Shown here: in pieces, positions 1 to 10,016 of the stretch
Layout of the letters: each line of letters begins with the position of its first letter
Position numbering within the stretch: position 1 is the first letter of the stretch
Assembly: GCA_965219385.1 (NCBI GenBank)
Contig: CBDCNM010000002.1
Location: forward strand, 3,978,305-4,042,304
DNA: 64,000 nt
DNA from: Candidatus Latescibacterota bacterium
Lineage (GTDB): Bacteria; Latescibacterota; UBA2968; UBA8231
Direction: 5' to 3'
The notes under the pieces: generated by a model
What the model was told of the DNA's origin: nothing
Seen by the model: the letters and a program-made list of their open reading frames with translations, nothing else
The model's database searches: none
Program-made: the position numbers and the translations under genes

Positions 1-813
1 GGTTACGCCATAGCGTTTCACCCCCTCGTCCACGACCGCGGCATAGCCGGTTTTGCGCACCGACTCCAGCAGGGTCTTCTGGTCCAGAGGATAGAGCGTG
101 CGGGGATCCACGACCTCGGCGCTGATACCCTCCTCCGCGAGTAGATCGGCGGCCTTCAGGGCCACACCCACCATGCTGGAGGTGGCGATGAGGGTGATAT
201 CGTCGCCGGTGCGTTTGATCTCTGCCTGGCCAAAGGGGATGGTGTACTCGTCCTCGGCCACGGGTCCGGTTTCGGTGTACATCATCTTGTCTTCGAAGAA
301 GAGCACGGGGTTGTCGTCGCGAATCGCGGTCTTCAACAAGCCCTTGGCATCGTGCGGGCAGGAAGGTATGGCCACCTTGAGGCCGGGAATATGGGAGAAG
401 AGCGCGTGCAGGCTCTGGGAGTGCTGGGCGGCCGAGGAGCGGCCGGCCCCCATGCTCAGACGGATGGTCAGGGGCACTTTGCATTGCCCGCCCGACATGT
501 AGCGGATCTTGGCGGCCTGGTTGACGATCTGTTCCATGGTGAGGAGGGAAAAATCACCAAACATCAGCTCGGTGATGGGGCGCATCCCGGTCATGGCGGC
601 GCCCACGCCCAGACCTATGTACCCAGCCTCGGCAATGGGGGAATCAATAACGCGCTCCGGGCCGAATTCCTCCAATAAACCCTCGCTGCACTTGAAGATG
701 CCGCCGGAGGCACCCACGTCTTCGCCGATGAGGAATACGGTCTCATCGCGTTGCATTTCTTCTCGCATGGCCTGGGCGATGGCCTCTCTGAAGCTTAGTT
801 CCTGATCAGGCAT
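1..813 (-). CDS. Pyruvate/acetoin dehydrogenase E1 beta subunit (3' end runs off the window)
   Basis: Manual translation from ATG at 813 gives MPDQELSFREAIAQAMREEMQRDETVFLIGEDVG...DSPIAEAG..., typical of E1-beta. It overlaps the alpha-subunit stop codon. Confidence 0.9.
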   Translation of the reverse strand, partial: MPDQELSFREAIAQAMREEMQRDETVFLIGEDVGASGGIFKCSEGLLEEFGPERVIDSPIAEAGYIGLGVGAAMTGMRPITELMFGDFSLLTMEQIVNQAAKIRYMSGGQCKVPLTIRLSMGAGRSSAAQHSQSLHALFSHIPGLKVAIPSCPHDAKGLLKTAIRDDNPVLFFEDKMMYTETGPVAEDEYTIPFGQAEIKRTGDDITLIATSSMVGVALKAADLLAEEGISAEVVDPRTLYPLDQKTLLESVRKTGYAAVVDEGVKRYGVT

Positions 814-1813
814 ATAGATCCTCGTAGGCTTGTTCGGGTGGAGGCAGGGGGGAGTTCCGACCAAATTCGATGGCATCCAGGACCTCCTGCTCAATCTGCT
901 CATACAGGGCATCGAGCTGGTCCTGTTCGGTTACCTGGTGCTGGCACATATAATCTCCCAGAAGCCTGATCGGATCCTTGTTCTCCATCCACCACTTTAC
1001 CTCGTCATCGGTGCGGTAGGCGCCGCCGTCACCTACGTGGTGTCCGCGGTAACGGTAGGTGAGGGCCTCGATAAGGGTGGGCCCCTTTCCCTGGCGGGCT
1101 TTTTCCACAGCGGCGGAAACCACCTGGTGGACCTGGAGTACATCCGACCCTTCGACCGTGATCCCCTCGAGTCCCATGCCGGCGGCGCGGTCGGCGATGC
1201 GCTCGATTCCGGTCACGCTCCGGTAGGGAGTATGCTCGCCGTACTGGTTGTTCTCGCACAGGTATATGGCCGGGAGATCCCAGATGACGGCCATGTTGAT
1301 GGTTTCGAGCATAATGCCCTGATTGGCGGCCCCATCGCCAAAGAAACAGACCGCTACCTGGCCGCTTTTGCGCATCTTGGCGGACAGAGCCGCTCCGGTG
1401 GCAATGCCAAAGCCGCCGCCTACAATGCCGTTGGCGCCGAGAATTCCCACGGATATATCGGCAATGTGCATGGAGCCACCCTTACCGCGACAATACCCTT
1501 CTTCCTTGCCCATGATCTCGGCCATCATGCGGTCGAGCTTGCCGCCTTTGGCAATGCAGTGGCCGTGGCCGCGGTGGGTGCTGGTGATGTAGTCGTCGCG
1601 ACCGAGGGCGGCGCAGGTCCCCACGGCTACGGCTTCTTCTCCTATATAAAGGTGGGCCAGACCTGGCATGAGCCCGCGGGTGTACACATCCCATACATGC
1701 TCCTCGAACAGACGGATTTCGGCCATTTTACGGTACATGAACCAGAGTTTATCCGCGTCTGGTCGAACCGCTTCTTTTGGTTGAACCGCTTCTTTTTTCT
1801 TCTTTTTTGCCAT
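806..1813 (-). CDS. Thiamine-diphosphate-dependent dehydrogenase E1 alpha subunit (pyruvate/acetoin type)
   Basis: Motifs HLYIGEEA, STHRGHGH, GKGGSMH, GDGA...ENNQY (TPP motif) and TYRYRGH. Confidence 0.93.
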   Translation of the reverse strand: MAKKKKKEAVQPKEAVRPDADKLWFMYRKMAEIRLFEEHVWDVYTRGLMPGLAHLYIGEEAVAVGTCAALGRDDYITSTHRGHGHCIAKGGKLDRMMAEIMGKEEGYCRGKGGSMHIADISVGILGANGIVGGGFGIATGAALSAKMRKSGQVAVCFFGDGAANQGIMLETINMAVIWDLPAIYLCENNQYGEHTPYRSVTGIERIADRAAGMGLEGITVEGSDVLQVHQVVSAAVEKARQGKGPTLIEALTYRYRGHHVGDGGAYRTDDEVKWWMENKDPIRLLGDYMCQHQVTEQDQLDALYEQIEQEVLDAIEFGRNSPLPPPEQAYEDLYA

Positions 1814-1902
1814 GATCTACTCGGTTTGTAATAATGGGTTACAGGCAATGGGTAAAATTAAAATTAAAAAAGTAGTGATTGGATTGGAAGATAGTCAAGC
1901 AT

Positions 1903-1935
1903 AAAAGAGCCGGGACATCAAACGATGTCCCGGCT
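1903..1935 (-). terminator. Intrinsic terminator downstream of the ferredoxin gene
   Basis: 12-bp perfect stem AGCCGGGACATC/GATGTCCCGGCT with a 4-nt loop, followed by a short T run on the minus strand. Confidence 0.7.
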
Positions 1936-1962
1936 GTCAGCTGATTGGTAAGAGCTTGATAA

Positions 1963-2274
1963 CTAACTGGTTTTGAGGTGCTCGGCGTTCTCCTCTTTGT
2001 AGGCGTTCCACTCACCGGGAGAGTCCCTCAACTCGAAGTACTTGGTATTGATCTCGGCGAAATGGCTCCACTCTTCGGGTAGATCTTCTTCGGCGAAAAT
2101 GGCCTCTACCGGGCATTCCGGCTCGCAGGCGCCGCAATCGATGCATTCATCCGGGTCGATGTAGAGCATGGGCTCCCCTTCCCCGTCTGTTGGATGGATG
2201 CAGTCGACAGGACAAACCTCGACGCAGGCTTTGTCCTTTACATCAATGCAAGGTTCTGCGATGAAGTAGGCCAT
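1963..2274 (-). CDS. Ferredoxin (7Fe/FdxA-like dicluster)
   Basis: MAYFIAEPCIDVKDKACVEVCPVDCIH...IDPDECIDCGACEPECPVEAIF. Confidence 0.93.
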   Translation of the reverse strand: MAYFIAEPCIDVKDKACVEVCPVDCIHPTDGEGEPMLYIDPDECIDCGACEPECPVEAIFAEEDLPEEWSHFAEINTKYFELRDSPGEWNAYKEENAEHLKTS

Positions 2275-2389
2275 GGTTTCCTCCAGGGTAGATAAATGAG
2301 CAGGTTGTAAGTATCGGTTGTAATAGTTGGGAAGTTGCTGTTGCTAAAAGTAAGAAACTTCGATGAAGTGTCAAGCCTGTGAAAGGCTA

Positions 2390-3314
2390 GGCTGTGTACG
2401 ATAATTGCTTGAAATAGTATTGGGACGTGGTATACTCTCTTTCAACCATTGAATCGAAGGAGGGGATACCGATGGCCCGCTACGACTTAACCGATGAAGA
2501 ATTTGCCCTGCTAAAGCCGTTGTTACCTGCCGAACGGTCGGGCAAACCGGGCTGCCCTTATCGGAGTCATCGCCAAGTGCTCAACGGCATTTTCTGGATT
2601 TTACGCACCGGCGCGCCTTGGCGCGATTTGCCCCCCCGGTACGGCCCTTGGAGCACGGGGGCCGACCGGTTTCGTCGTTGGGAACAAAAAGGCTTATGGC
2701 AACAGATCCTGGATGCGTTAGAAGCCCAAGCGCGCCATATGGATCAGATCGATTTTACGTTCGCCGCCCTCGATGGGAGCATCGTTCGGGCGCATAAAGC
2801 AGCCGCCGGGGCAAAAAAAACATAAATGGTGTTTCCATAAGCCGTGAAGAAAGCCTTCAAAAACAGGGGCTTGGGCAAAGCCGTGGCGGCTATACCACCA
2901 AAATTCATGTCCTTTGTGAAGGGGCGGGCAAGCCCATCACGGTTACCATAACCCCGGGTCAGCAGCATGAATCCACCCAGGTAGACGCCTTGCTCGATTC
3001 AGTGGCCATTGGAGGCAAACCCGGTCCCAAGCGCACCCGGTTTGAAGCCCTGGCCGGTGATAAAGCCTATGATAGTCAATCCATCCGCGAGAAACTGCGC
3101 CAACGGCGAACCAAGCCCGTGATCGCCCATCGAAAAAATCGGATTCGACAAGGACTTATATCGGCAGCGCAATGTGGTGGAACGACTCATCGGACGGCTC
3201 AAAGAAAACCGACGCATTGCCACCCGATATGAAAAACACGCCGACAGGTATCAGGCGATGATCATACTCGCTTTCATCCGTATTTGGCTCAAAAACCTTT
3301 TATCGTACACAGCC
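2390..3314 (+). mobile_element. IS5-family insertion sequence (two-ORF, IS427-like), probably degenerate
   Basis: Perfect inverted repeats GGCTGTGTACGATAA / TTATCGTACACAGCC, each flanked by TA in a CTAG context. OrfA reads MARYDLTDEEF...LRTGAPWRDLP..YGPW with an A8 run at its end. OrfB has GDKAYDS and RNVVERLIGRLKENRRIATRYEK but carries an extra frameshift near 3135. Confidence 0.9.
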
Positions 3315-3889
3315 TAGTTAACCTCCAAGTTTTTCAGCAGGGTGGTCACGTCGAATTCAGTGCTGGATTTTATCCTTATAGCAGGGCGTGGTGCCGGGAC
3401 CGGAGTTGATTCAAGCGCAAATTCAGTTCCTCCATAAAGTGCTTGCAGGAAGCCTTCGAGGTCGGCTTTGAGCGCATTCTGGGTCTCCTGGGTACCGGGG
3501 GCGTGCAAGCGGTCATTGGCCACCAGGAGGACTTCCCCCCCCCGGAATTCTACCTTGCCCTTCAACTCGGGCTCCTGTTCCAGGCGTTGACAGGCCCTGA
3601 GGGCGGCGGTAAAAACCCGGCGGAACCGGTCGGACATACCGCCGTCGAGAGACTGCTTGCGCGTATAGAGCAACCCGATTTTCTCATCGGTGTTGTCGAT
3701 ACAATAATTCGCCTCGTGACCTACCAGGAGGGTGATGGGGCCCGCGTGGACGTGGCTGTAGTCGGCTACATCCACGAGAACTTCATCAGTGGTGGTGGAT
3801 ATCCAGGTATTGAAAATCCTGAAAATCTCTTCGGGTAATACCTCCCACTCGTCGAGGAAGAATTTGAGGTTGATGCGCGATAGGTCCAT
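3314..3889 (-). CDS. Hypothetical protein downstream of the sulfite/nitrite reductase
   Basis: 191-aa ORF with protein-like composition, co-oriented and 25 bp downstream of the reductase. Its TAG coincides with the IS5 target site. Confidence 0.75.
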   Translation of the reverse strand: MDLSRINLKFFLDEWEVLPEEIFRIFNTWISTTTDEVLVDVADYSHVHAGPITLLVGHEANYCIDNTDEKIGLLYTRKQSLDGGMSDRFRRVFTAALRACQRLEQEPELKGKVEFRGGEVLLVANDRLHAPGTQETQNALKADLEGFLQALYGGTEFALESTPVPAPRPAIRIKSSTEFDVTTLLKNLEVN

Positions 3890-3914
3890 TGACTGGCGTC
3901 TCTGTTACAGGTTT

Positions 3915-6173
3915 TTAAGTAGAGGTCGACATGCCGTCGAAGCAGCGGTAGGCCGCTTCGATAAAGAGTCCGGCCTCCTCGGTCAGGCGGTGTGCCAGGT
4001 CCCGGGTATACTCACCGACCTCGGTCTCGTGGGCCCGGAACAGGTAGCGAGCGAACTTGTCCTTGGCATAAGTGTCGAAGAAGAGTTCGGTATCCAAAAA
4101 GCGCGTGCGGAATTGGGCCACAATCACATCCGGTTCCTCCGGGATGTCCAGAAACTGGGTCTTGACAAGGGCCTTGGCCGCATGCAGCATGGCGCTGTAG
4201 GCGGCCTTGTAGGCATTCTCGAAGTCGCCTTCATCCAGGAGGACCTGGGCTTCAAACGCCTCGCGCTCGCAGGCCGAAAGCTCGAAATGGACCAGGGGTA
4301 CGACCTCGCCGGCGCACTCGCCCTTGCCCATGTCTCCAGTGGTAAATTCCCGTGGATCTCCCCAGTCGCTGTAGAAGGAAGGATCCGCATCGTGCGATGG
4401 GATGCTGGTAAATTCTTCCAAAAGCGCCTTTACCTCCCTCTTGCCGATGCGCTGGACATAGGCCTGGAAGCTCTCGTTCTTGTCGCGGCTCTGGATATAG
4501 CTTTCGGTGAGGCGGCTCACCACATCCGGGATCCGCCTGGAGGGGATCGCCGCCATGGGCAGACCGAAGGAACCGGCGTTTTCGGACCACTGACCGCCCA
4601 GGACGACCTGGAAATGGGGGACGGTGTAGCCACTGGCTTTGCGGCTGATCCCGTAAAATCCCAGGTCGGCGACGTGGTGCTGCCCGCAGGAGTTGAAGCA
4701 GCCGCTGATCTTGATGCGCAAATCCTTGACGGCCTGGTCGAACTGCATGCTCTTTTCGGCCAGGCGGGTGCGGAGTTCGGCGGCCAGGCCCCGGGAAGAG
4801 GCGATACCCAGCTTGCAGGTATCCGTGCCCGGGCAAGCGGTTACGTCCACGATGGTGCCGGCCCCGGATTGGTGCAGGCCCAGTTTTTTGAGCTCCTCGT
4901 AGAGCTGGGGCAGATCGCTCTCTCGCACCCAGCGCAGCACGATGTTCTGTTCGACCGTGGTGCGGGCCGTGTCTTTGACATAGCGTCGGCACAACGCCGC
5001 CAAAGAGCGCAACTGGCCAGAGGTAAGGTCGCCCAACGGCAGGGCGATCGTGGCCACCACGTAACCGGGCTGGATCTGGTGGTACACATTGGTTTTGTAC
5101 CAATCCTCGAACCCCTCGGTTAGGGCCTGGCCGTTGAGGGCTTGGCCTGGTTTCAGGGCTTCCTCATCGTGGGCGTGGAGGTCCTTGAGGTACCCGATCC
5201 AGGCGGGATCCTCGGGTAGTTCGGCCCGCTCTTTTAGGACCAGGTTGCGGAATTCTTCAATCCCTAGCTTGACCACCAGAAACTTGATGCGGGCCCGGGC
5301 GCGGTTCTGCTTTTCGCCCAGCCGGGCGAACACCCGGGCGATGGCCTGTGCCGTGGGCAGGAGTTCCTCTGCGGAGATAAATTCGTCGAAGAGCTTGGCT
5401 TGGTGGGGCACGGCGCCCAGGCCCCCTCCCACGTAGAGTTCGAATCCGCGTTTTTCCTGGCCGTCGACCACGCGCACGGCTGCAATGGCCCCCATGTCGT
5501 GCATGTTGGTCAGGCCGCAGGCTTGGTGTTTGCAGCCGGAAAAGGCGATCTTGAACTTGCGCCCAAAGTCCTGGGCATCTGGATGGCCGAGCAGGAATTG
5601 AGCGCAGGCGTGAGCATAAGGGGTCACGTCGAAGATCTCGGTCTGGCAAACCCCGGAAAGGGGGCAGGCCGTGACATTGCGGACGGAGTTGCCACAGGCT
5701 TCGCGGGTGGTGATGCCCACGGCCGCCAGGCGGCGCATCAGATCGGGTGTATCCTCGATGTGAATGAAGTGGAGTTGGACATCCTGGCGGGTGGTGATGT
5801 GGATGATTTCGTCGGAGTACTCCTCGCCCAGATCGGCCAGAACATCCATCTGGTCGGGCGTCAGGCCCCCAAAGGGGATCTTGATCCGCTGCATTCCGGG
5901 AGCGTCCCACGCCGTATCGGGCCCTTTGGTCAGATCCGCGGAAGGGAAGTTCAAAGGCTGGGTAACGGTGCCATCGTAGCGCTGGCCATTGTCGTAGCGC
6001 TGGCCGTAGACCCCCCGCCGCAAGCGGGTCTCCGCAAAAATTTTCTCATCGATTTTGCCCTGCTTGCGGCGGTCAATCTGGGTTTCGAATATATCGATTT
6101 CGCGTCCTAGTTCTACCGGAATCTGGTCCCCCAGTCGTTCTTTCCAGTTCATGGATTCGCTCATGCTATCCAC
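3915..6173 (-). CDS. Ferredoxin-dependent sulfite/nitrite reductase hemoprotein with a C-terminal HEPN-like extension
   Basis: RLRRGVYGQR, ITTRQDVQLH, CGNSVRNVTACP, GRKFKIAFSGC, ACPGTDTCKLG and ISGCFNSCGQH (siroheme/4Fe-4S ligands). The C-terminal AYSAMLHAAKAL is HEPN-like. The start may be the ATG at 6164. Confidence 0.9.
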   Translation of the reverse strand: MDSMSESMNWKERLGDQIPVELGREIDIFETQIDRRKQGKIDEKIFAETRLRRGVYGQRYDNGQRYDGTVTQPLNFPSADLTKGPDTAWDAPGMQRIKIPFGGLTPDQMDVLADLGEEYSDEIIHITTRQDVQLHFIHIEDTPDLMRRLAAVGITTREACGNSVRNVTACPLSGVCQTEIFDVTPYAHACAQFLLGHPDAQDFGRKFKIAFSGCKHQACGLTNMHDMGAIAAVRVVDGQEKRGFELYVGGGLGAVPHQAKLFDEFISAEELLPTAQAIARVFARLGEKQNRARARIKFLVVKLGIEEFRNLVLKERAELPEDPAWIGYLKDLHAHDEEALKPGQALNGQALTEGFEDWYKTNVYHQIQPGYVVATIALPLGDLTSGQLRSLAALCRRYVKDTARTTVEQNIVLRWVRESDLPQLYEELKKLGLHQSGAGTIVDVTACPGTDTCKLGIASSRGLAAELRTRLAEKSMQFDQAVKDLRIKISGCFNSCGQHHVADLGFYGISRKASGYTVPHFQVVLGGQWSENAGSFGLPMAAIPSRRIPDVVSRLTESYIQSRDKNESFQAYVQRIGKREVKALLEEFTSIPSHDADPSFYSDWGDPREFTTGDMGKGECAGEVVPLVHFELSACEREAFEAQVLLDEGDFENAYKAAYSAMLHAAKALVKTQFLDIPEEPDVIVAQFRTRFLDTELFFDTYAKDKFARYLFRAHETEVGEYTRDLAHRLTEEAGLFIEAAYRCFDGMSTST

Positions 6174-6283
6174 CTGTGAAATGTGTTGTCATCGGGGTAT
6201 TTCCGCCGTTACGCCGTTAACAACTTTCTAAAATAGGTATAAAAGAGCTACTGTCAAGGTGGGGTGAAACAGAAGCAAAACAG

Positions 6284-7207
6284 TTATTTCTCTTCTACAT
6301 CCGCCAGTTTGTTGCGCAGGTACGCCAGCAGTTGGCTACCGCAATCGACATCGGAGATGGCGTAGTCAATGAAGGTCTCGAAGTAGGCCTGGTGATTGCC
6401 TATATCAGCACGGTTTTCCGAAGGCCCCAGTTCCACTGCACGCACCATGTGGCCGCGCCGGATCAAGCCCCCAATGGCGTCGGTGAGATGGATCTCCCCA
6501 TTGGGAGCCGGGGGAACGGCGCGGATCTCGTCGAAGATTGCAGGACCAAAGATGTAGCGGGCACTGACGGCCAGGCGGCCCTGGGTTTGACCCGGACGAG
6601 GCTTTTCGATGATGTCCGCCAGCTGGCAGTCGCTCTGGCCGGCCTCTTCCTCCATGGGGACCACGATGCCGTAGTGATGCACCTTGTCGGGGGGAACCTG
6701 GCACACGGCTATGGAGCAGGCGGATTGGTGCCGGATGTGGGAATCGATCATGCGTTCGAGCAGCGGTTTTTCTTCTCTGGAGCGTATGATGCTGTCCCCA
6801 AAGGCCACGATAAAGGAGGTGCCCTCGGTAAAGCTTTCGGCCGCGGCCACCGCATCTCCCGTACCCAGAGGTCTGGTCTGGCCCAGGGGGACCTGCTGAC
6901 GGGTAAAAAAGAATTCGATGCCGCGCTTGCGGTAGTCGAAGTGGCTCACCTTTTTCATCTCGTGGTCATCGAGTTCCAGGTGGAGCATCAACTCGGAGTA
7001 ATCGTCGAAGTAGTTTTCAATGGCGTTTTTGCTGCGGCTGGAGACAAAGAGCGTCTGGCGGATTCCGGCGCTTAACAGCTCTTCTACCACGTGCTGGATG
7101 ATCGGATAGCGTCCAACGGGGAGCATTTCCTTGGGAATGGCTTTGGTCGTCGGTAGCAGGCGGGTGCCGAGTCCGGCCACCGGAATGATGGCTTTGGAAA
7201 TTTCCAT
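6284..7207 (-). CDS. galU: UTP--glucose-1-phosphate uridylyltransferase
   Basis: KAIIPVAGLGTRLLPTTKAIPKEMLP, LGTGDAV, IIEKP, GEIHLTDAI. Confidence 0.88.
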   Translation of the reverse strand: MEISKAIIPVAGLGTRLLPTTKAIPKEMLPVGRYPIIQHVVEELLSAGIRQTLFVSSRSKNAIENYFDDYSELMLHLELDDHEMKKVSHFDYRKRGIEFFFTRQQVPLGQTRPLGTGDAVAAAESFTEGTSFIVAFGDSIIRSREEKPLLERMIDSHIRHQSACSIAVCQVPPDKVHHYGIVVPMEEEAGQSDCQLADIIEKPRPGQTQGRLAVSARYIFGPAIFDEIRAVPPAPNGEIHLTDAIGGLIRRGHMVRAVELGPSENRADIGNHQAYFETFIDYAISDVDCGSQLLAYLRNKLADVEEK

Positions 7208-7291
7208 GTGTTGCTCCTGGTAAAAGATGATCAAATATCGTCCATCCCCCCAAGCCCGTCAATTGGATTCGGGACATTTTGCTTCTAAGGT

Positions 7292-7320
7292 TTGACAGGT
7301 CTGGATATAGGTGGTATCCT
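7292..7320 (+). promoter_or_regulatory. Sigma70-type promoter of the NRAMP-family gene
   Basis: TTGACA-N17-TATCCT, ending 28 bp upstream of the ATG at 7349. Confidence 0.6.
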
Positions 7321-7348
7321 AGGAAAAACCAAGGGGGAGAGTAGAGCC

Positions 7349-8764
7349 ATGAGTGAAAAGCAGCGCTATCCTGATCTCACGGAAGAACTCAGAGCTCGTG
7401 GAGTGGTGTCCCTGTTGCGCTTTTTTGGTCCTGGGGCCATCATTGCCTCGGTGACCATTGGCAGCGGCGAAACTGTATTTGCATCGCGCGGAGGCGCCCT
7501 CTTCGGCTATGCCCTGTTGTGGTGTTTTGTGGGAGGGGGATTGATGAAGTTTGTCCAGGTGTACACGGCTGCTCGCTACATCACTCTGACCGGTGAGCAT
7601 CCCATGGAGCGCTGGAGTTACCTGCCAGGGCCTCGGGGGTGGGCCGTATGGGTATTGGCCGCCATGACGCTTCTGTGTTTTCCGCTGTGGCTGTCGGGAT
7701 TGCCCAAGATGTTGGGGGGATTGACGGTGTGGGTCTTTGGCCTCGAGGGGGGGGGGCTTTGGGGAGATGCGCGGGTCTGGGGCACGGCCTTTGTGGTCTT
7801 TGCCATCGGTTTGACCATGATCCAGAGCTACGGGGCCCTGGAGCGTACCCAGACCATAATTGTGGGATTCCTGCTGGTGAGTATCCTGGTGGCCACCCTG
7901 GCGGCAAAACCGGACTGGCTGGCTGCGCTTATCGGCACGGTGATTCCTACCATTCCGGCGTACCAGCCCTGGGTGTTCAGCAAATATCCCGCCATTGGTT
8001 CGCGTTCTCCCTGGGTTGAGCTGGGCACGTACCTGGGGGCGATCGGGGGAGGCACGCAGGACTACTTCGGCTATATCGGCATGCTGCGGGAAAAGGCCTG
8101 GGGACTGTTGGGCCGCAAGGTAGAGGCGGGCCCCGAAGGAGTACAGCTGGAGGCCTCGGAACAAAACTACGCCTTGGGACGGAGCTGGTTGCGCGCCCCC
8201 TTCATCGATGGGGCGGTCTCCTTTGGCTGTATAGTTGTGTTTACCCTGGCTTTTATGATGCTGGGTGCGGCGCTGTTGTATCCCAAGCAAGTCGTCCCGG
8301 CCGGCATGCAGCTGCTTTCCGTTCAGGCCGAGTTTTTGACCCTGTTGCACCCCAGCCTGCTCTACCTCTACCAGCTCGGAGTATTCACGGCGTTTTTGGG
8401 CACGATTCTGGGCGCATATGAACTCTATGTGCGGACCACGCACGAGTGTTTGCGACCCATCGTGCCCCAGGTGCGCAGAAAATCCGTGGCCGCGTTGCGT
8501 CCCTGGGTGGTGGCCTACTGTGGGGTGGGAGGGGTAGCGATTATGTGGCTGGGGGGCAACCCGGTGCAAATCGTCACCCCGGCCGCCATTTTCGGAGGGG
8601 TGCTGACGTGTGGTCTGTGGTGTTTGTTGATGATCTGGACGGATCGCTGCTACCTGCCCAAACCCCTGCAGATGGGCCCCGTATTGGTGGTACTCAATCT
8701 GATCAGCGGCTTGTTCCTGACCGGGTGGGGCCTGAAGGGGGTGCACGATTTCTTGTTAGCTTGA
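7349..8764 (+). CDS. NRAMP/MntH-like (APC superfamily) membrane transporter
   Basis: FGPGAIIASVTIGSGE...GALFGYALLW N-terminal motif and many hydrophobic segments. Confidence 0.8.
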   Translation: MSEKQRYPDLTEELRARGVVSLLRFFGPGAIIASVTIGSGETVFASRGGALFGYALLWCFVGGGLMKFVQVYTAARYITLTGEHPMERWSYLPGPRGWAVWVLAAMTLLCFPLWLSGLPKMLGGLTVWVFGLEGGGLWGDARVWGTAFVVFAIGLTMIQSYGALERTQTIIVGFLLVSILVATLAAKPDWLAALIGTVIPTIPAYQPWVFSKYPAIGSRSPWVELGTYLGAIGGGTQDYFGYIGMLREKAWGLLGRKVEAGPEGVQLEASEQNYALGRSWLRAPFIDGAVSFGCIVVFTLAFMMLGAALLYPKQVVPAGMQLLSVQAEFLTLLHPSLLYLYQLGVFTAFLGTILGAYELYVRTTHECLRPIVPQVRRKSVAALRPWVVAYCGVGGVAIMWLGGNPVQIVTPAAIFGGVLTCGLWCLLMIWTDRCYLPKPLQMGPVLVVLNLISGLFLTGWGLKGVHDFLLA

Positions 8765-8782
8765 TCCTTTATAAGAGCGGAG

Positions 8783-9937
8783 TTGCGGCGTGTGGAACAG
8801 CCGATCTGGAGCCGAGTCGAGGCCATCTTGGACAGTGGTATCAGTCTGGGAGTAGGGCTTACCGGAGGGGGGAGTGAACTGGCCTCCTGGCTACTAAATC
8901 ACCCCGGGGCCTCGCGGGCGGTGGTGGAAATCCAGATGCCCTACCACCCGCGCGCCTTGCAGGAGTACCTGGGTACGCCCGGTCCCCATCGAGTAGAAGA
9001 GGAGACGGGCAGGGCCATGGCAGCCCAGGCCTTTGCCCGAACCCGCGCTTTTACGGGTGGAGAAGGCTGGAGCATTGGGCTGGGATGCACCGCCGCCCTG
9101 GCCACCAGGCGGGTGCGGCGGGGTGAGGATCGCGCCTGGGTGGTCGTGCGCACACCGGAGACCTACCGGTTTTATTGGGTCCACTACGAGAAGGACGCCG
9201 CCGACCGGTTGGAGCAAGAAGAACTGCTCAGCCTCTTTGCCCTGCACGCACTCTCGGAAGCTTGTGGGACTGGCCAGGTGCACACAAGGCAATGGCCGGG
9301 CTTTATGAAAATGTCCGCGCGCGTCGTTCCGGCGGTGGAGCCGCTTGAGCGGCTTTTGCGCAATGAGATTCAATCTGTGGAGATGGATCGGGATGGGCAC
9401 ATCGCTTGCGAAATACAGCACCGGGACGGGCTGTTGTTCCCCGGATCTTTCAATCCACTGCACCAGGGGCATCTGGAACTGGTCCTGGCTGTACAGGGTT
9501 TGACAGAGCGGCCCATCTACCTGGAGATCTCGGTAGAAAATGTGGACAAGCCGCCGCTTGCTTACGGGGAGGTAGTGCGCCGTCTGGAGCAGCTCAAAGG
9601 ACACTACCCGGTGATTTTGAGCCGGGCGGCTACCTTTTTGGAAAAGGTTCGCCTGTTCCCGGGGAGCTGGTTCGTGATTGGCTACGACACGGCGGTGCGA
9701 CTGCTCGACCCGAAATACTATGACGGGACTGGGGAGGGATTGGAAAAAGTCCTGGGCGAACTGGCCGCTACAGATTGTCGATTCCTGGTGGCTGGGCGTT
9801 TGCACGGAGGGAGATACCGGACCCTGAAAGACATTGATTTGCCGGAGCATTACCGGCATATATTCGAGATGATACCCGAGGAAATTTTCCGCAAAGACAT
9901 CAGTTCCACCGCAATACGCGCCGGGATCTGGGAGTGA
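8783..9937 (+). CDS. CinA-like N-terminal domain fused to a nucleotidyltransferase (NMN/NaMN adenylyltransferase-like)
   Basis: TGGG...PGASR and GLGCTAALAT in the N-terminal half. FPGSFNPLHQGH (HxGH) and DISST in the C-terminal half. Confidence 0.75.
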   Translation: MRRVEQPIWSRVEAILDSGISLGVGLTGGGSELASWLLNHPGASRAVVEIQMPYHPRALQEYLGTPGPHRVEEETGRAMAAQAFARTRAFTGGEGWSIGLGCTAALATRRVRRGEDRAWVVVRTPETYRFYWVHYEKDAADRLEQEELLSLFALHALSEACGTGQVHTRQWPGFMKMSARVVPAVEPLERLLRNEIQSVEMDRDGHIACEIQHRDGLLFPGSFNPLHQGHLELVLAVQGLTERPIYLEISVENVDKPPLAYGEVVRRLEQLKGHYPVILSRAATFLEKVRLFPGSWFVIGYDTAVRLLDPKYYDGTGEGLEKVLGELAATDCRFLVAGRLHGGRYRTLKDIDLPEHYRHIFEMIPEEIFRKDISSTAIRAGIWE

Positions 9938-10016
9938 ACGGATTCGGAAGCTACAGGGAAATAATACCGACTTGAGCAGATTGTCTGCTCGAAGGTTAAA
10001 AAAGAGAGGGTTGACT

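Noticed and set aside
3789..5123. Long antisense or alternate-frame ORFs (e.g. 830-1831, 3789-5123, 7319-8746, 15536-16825, 34591-36006, 56230-57489)
   Set aside because: They are shadows of well-supported genes on the opposite strand, expected in GC-rich DNA, and carry no recognisable motifs.
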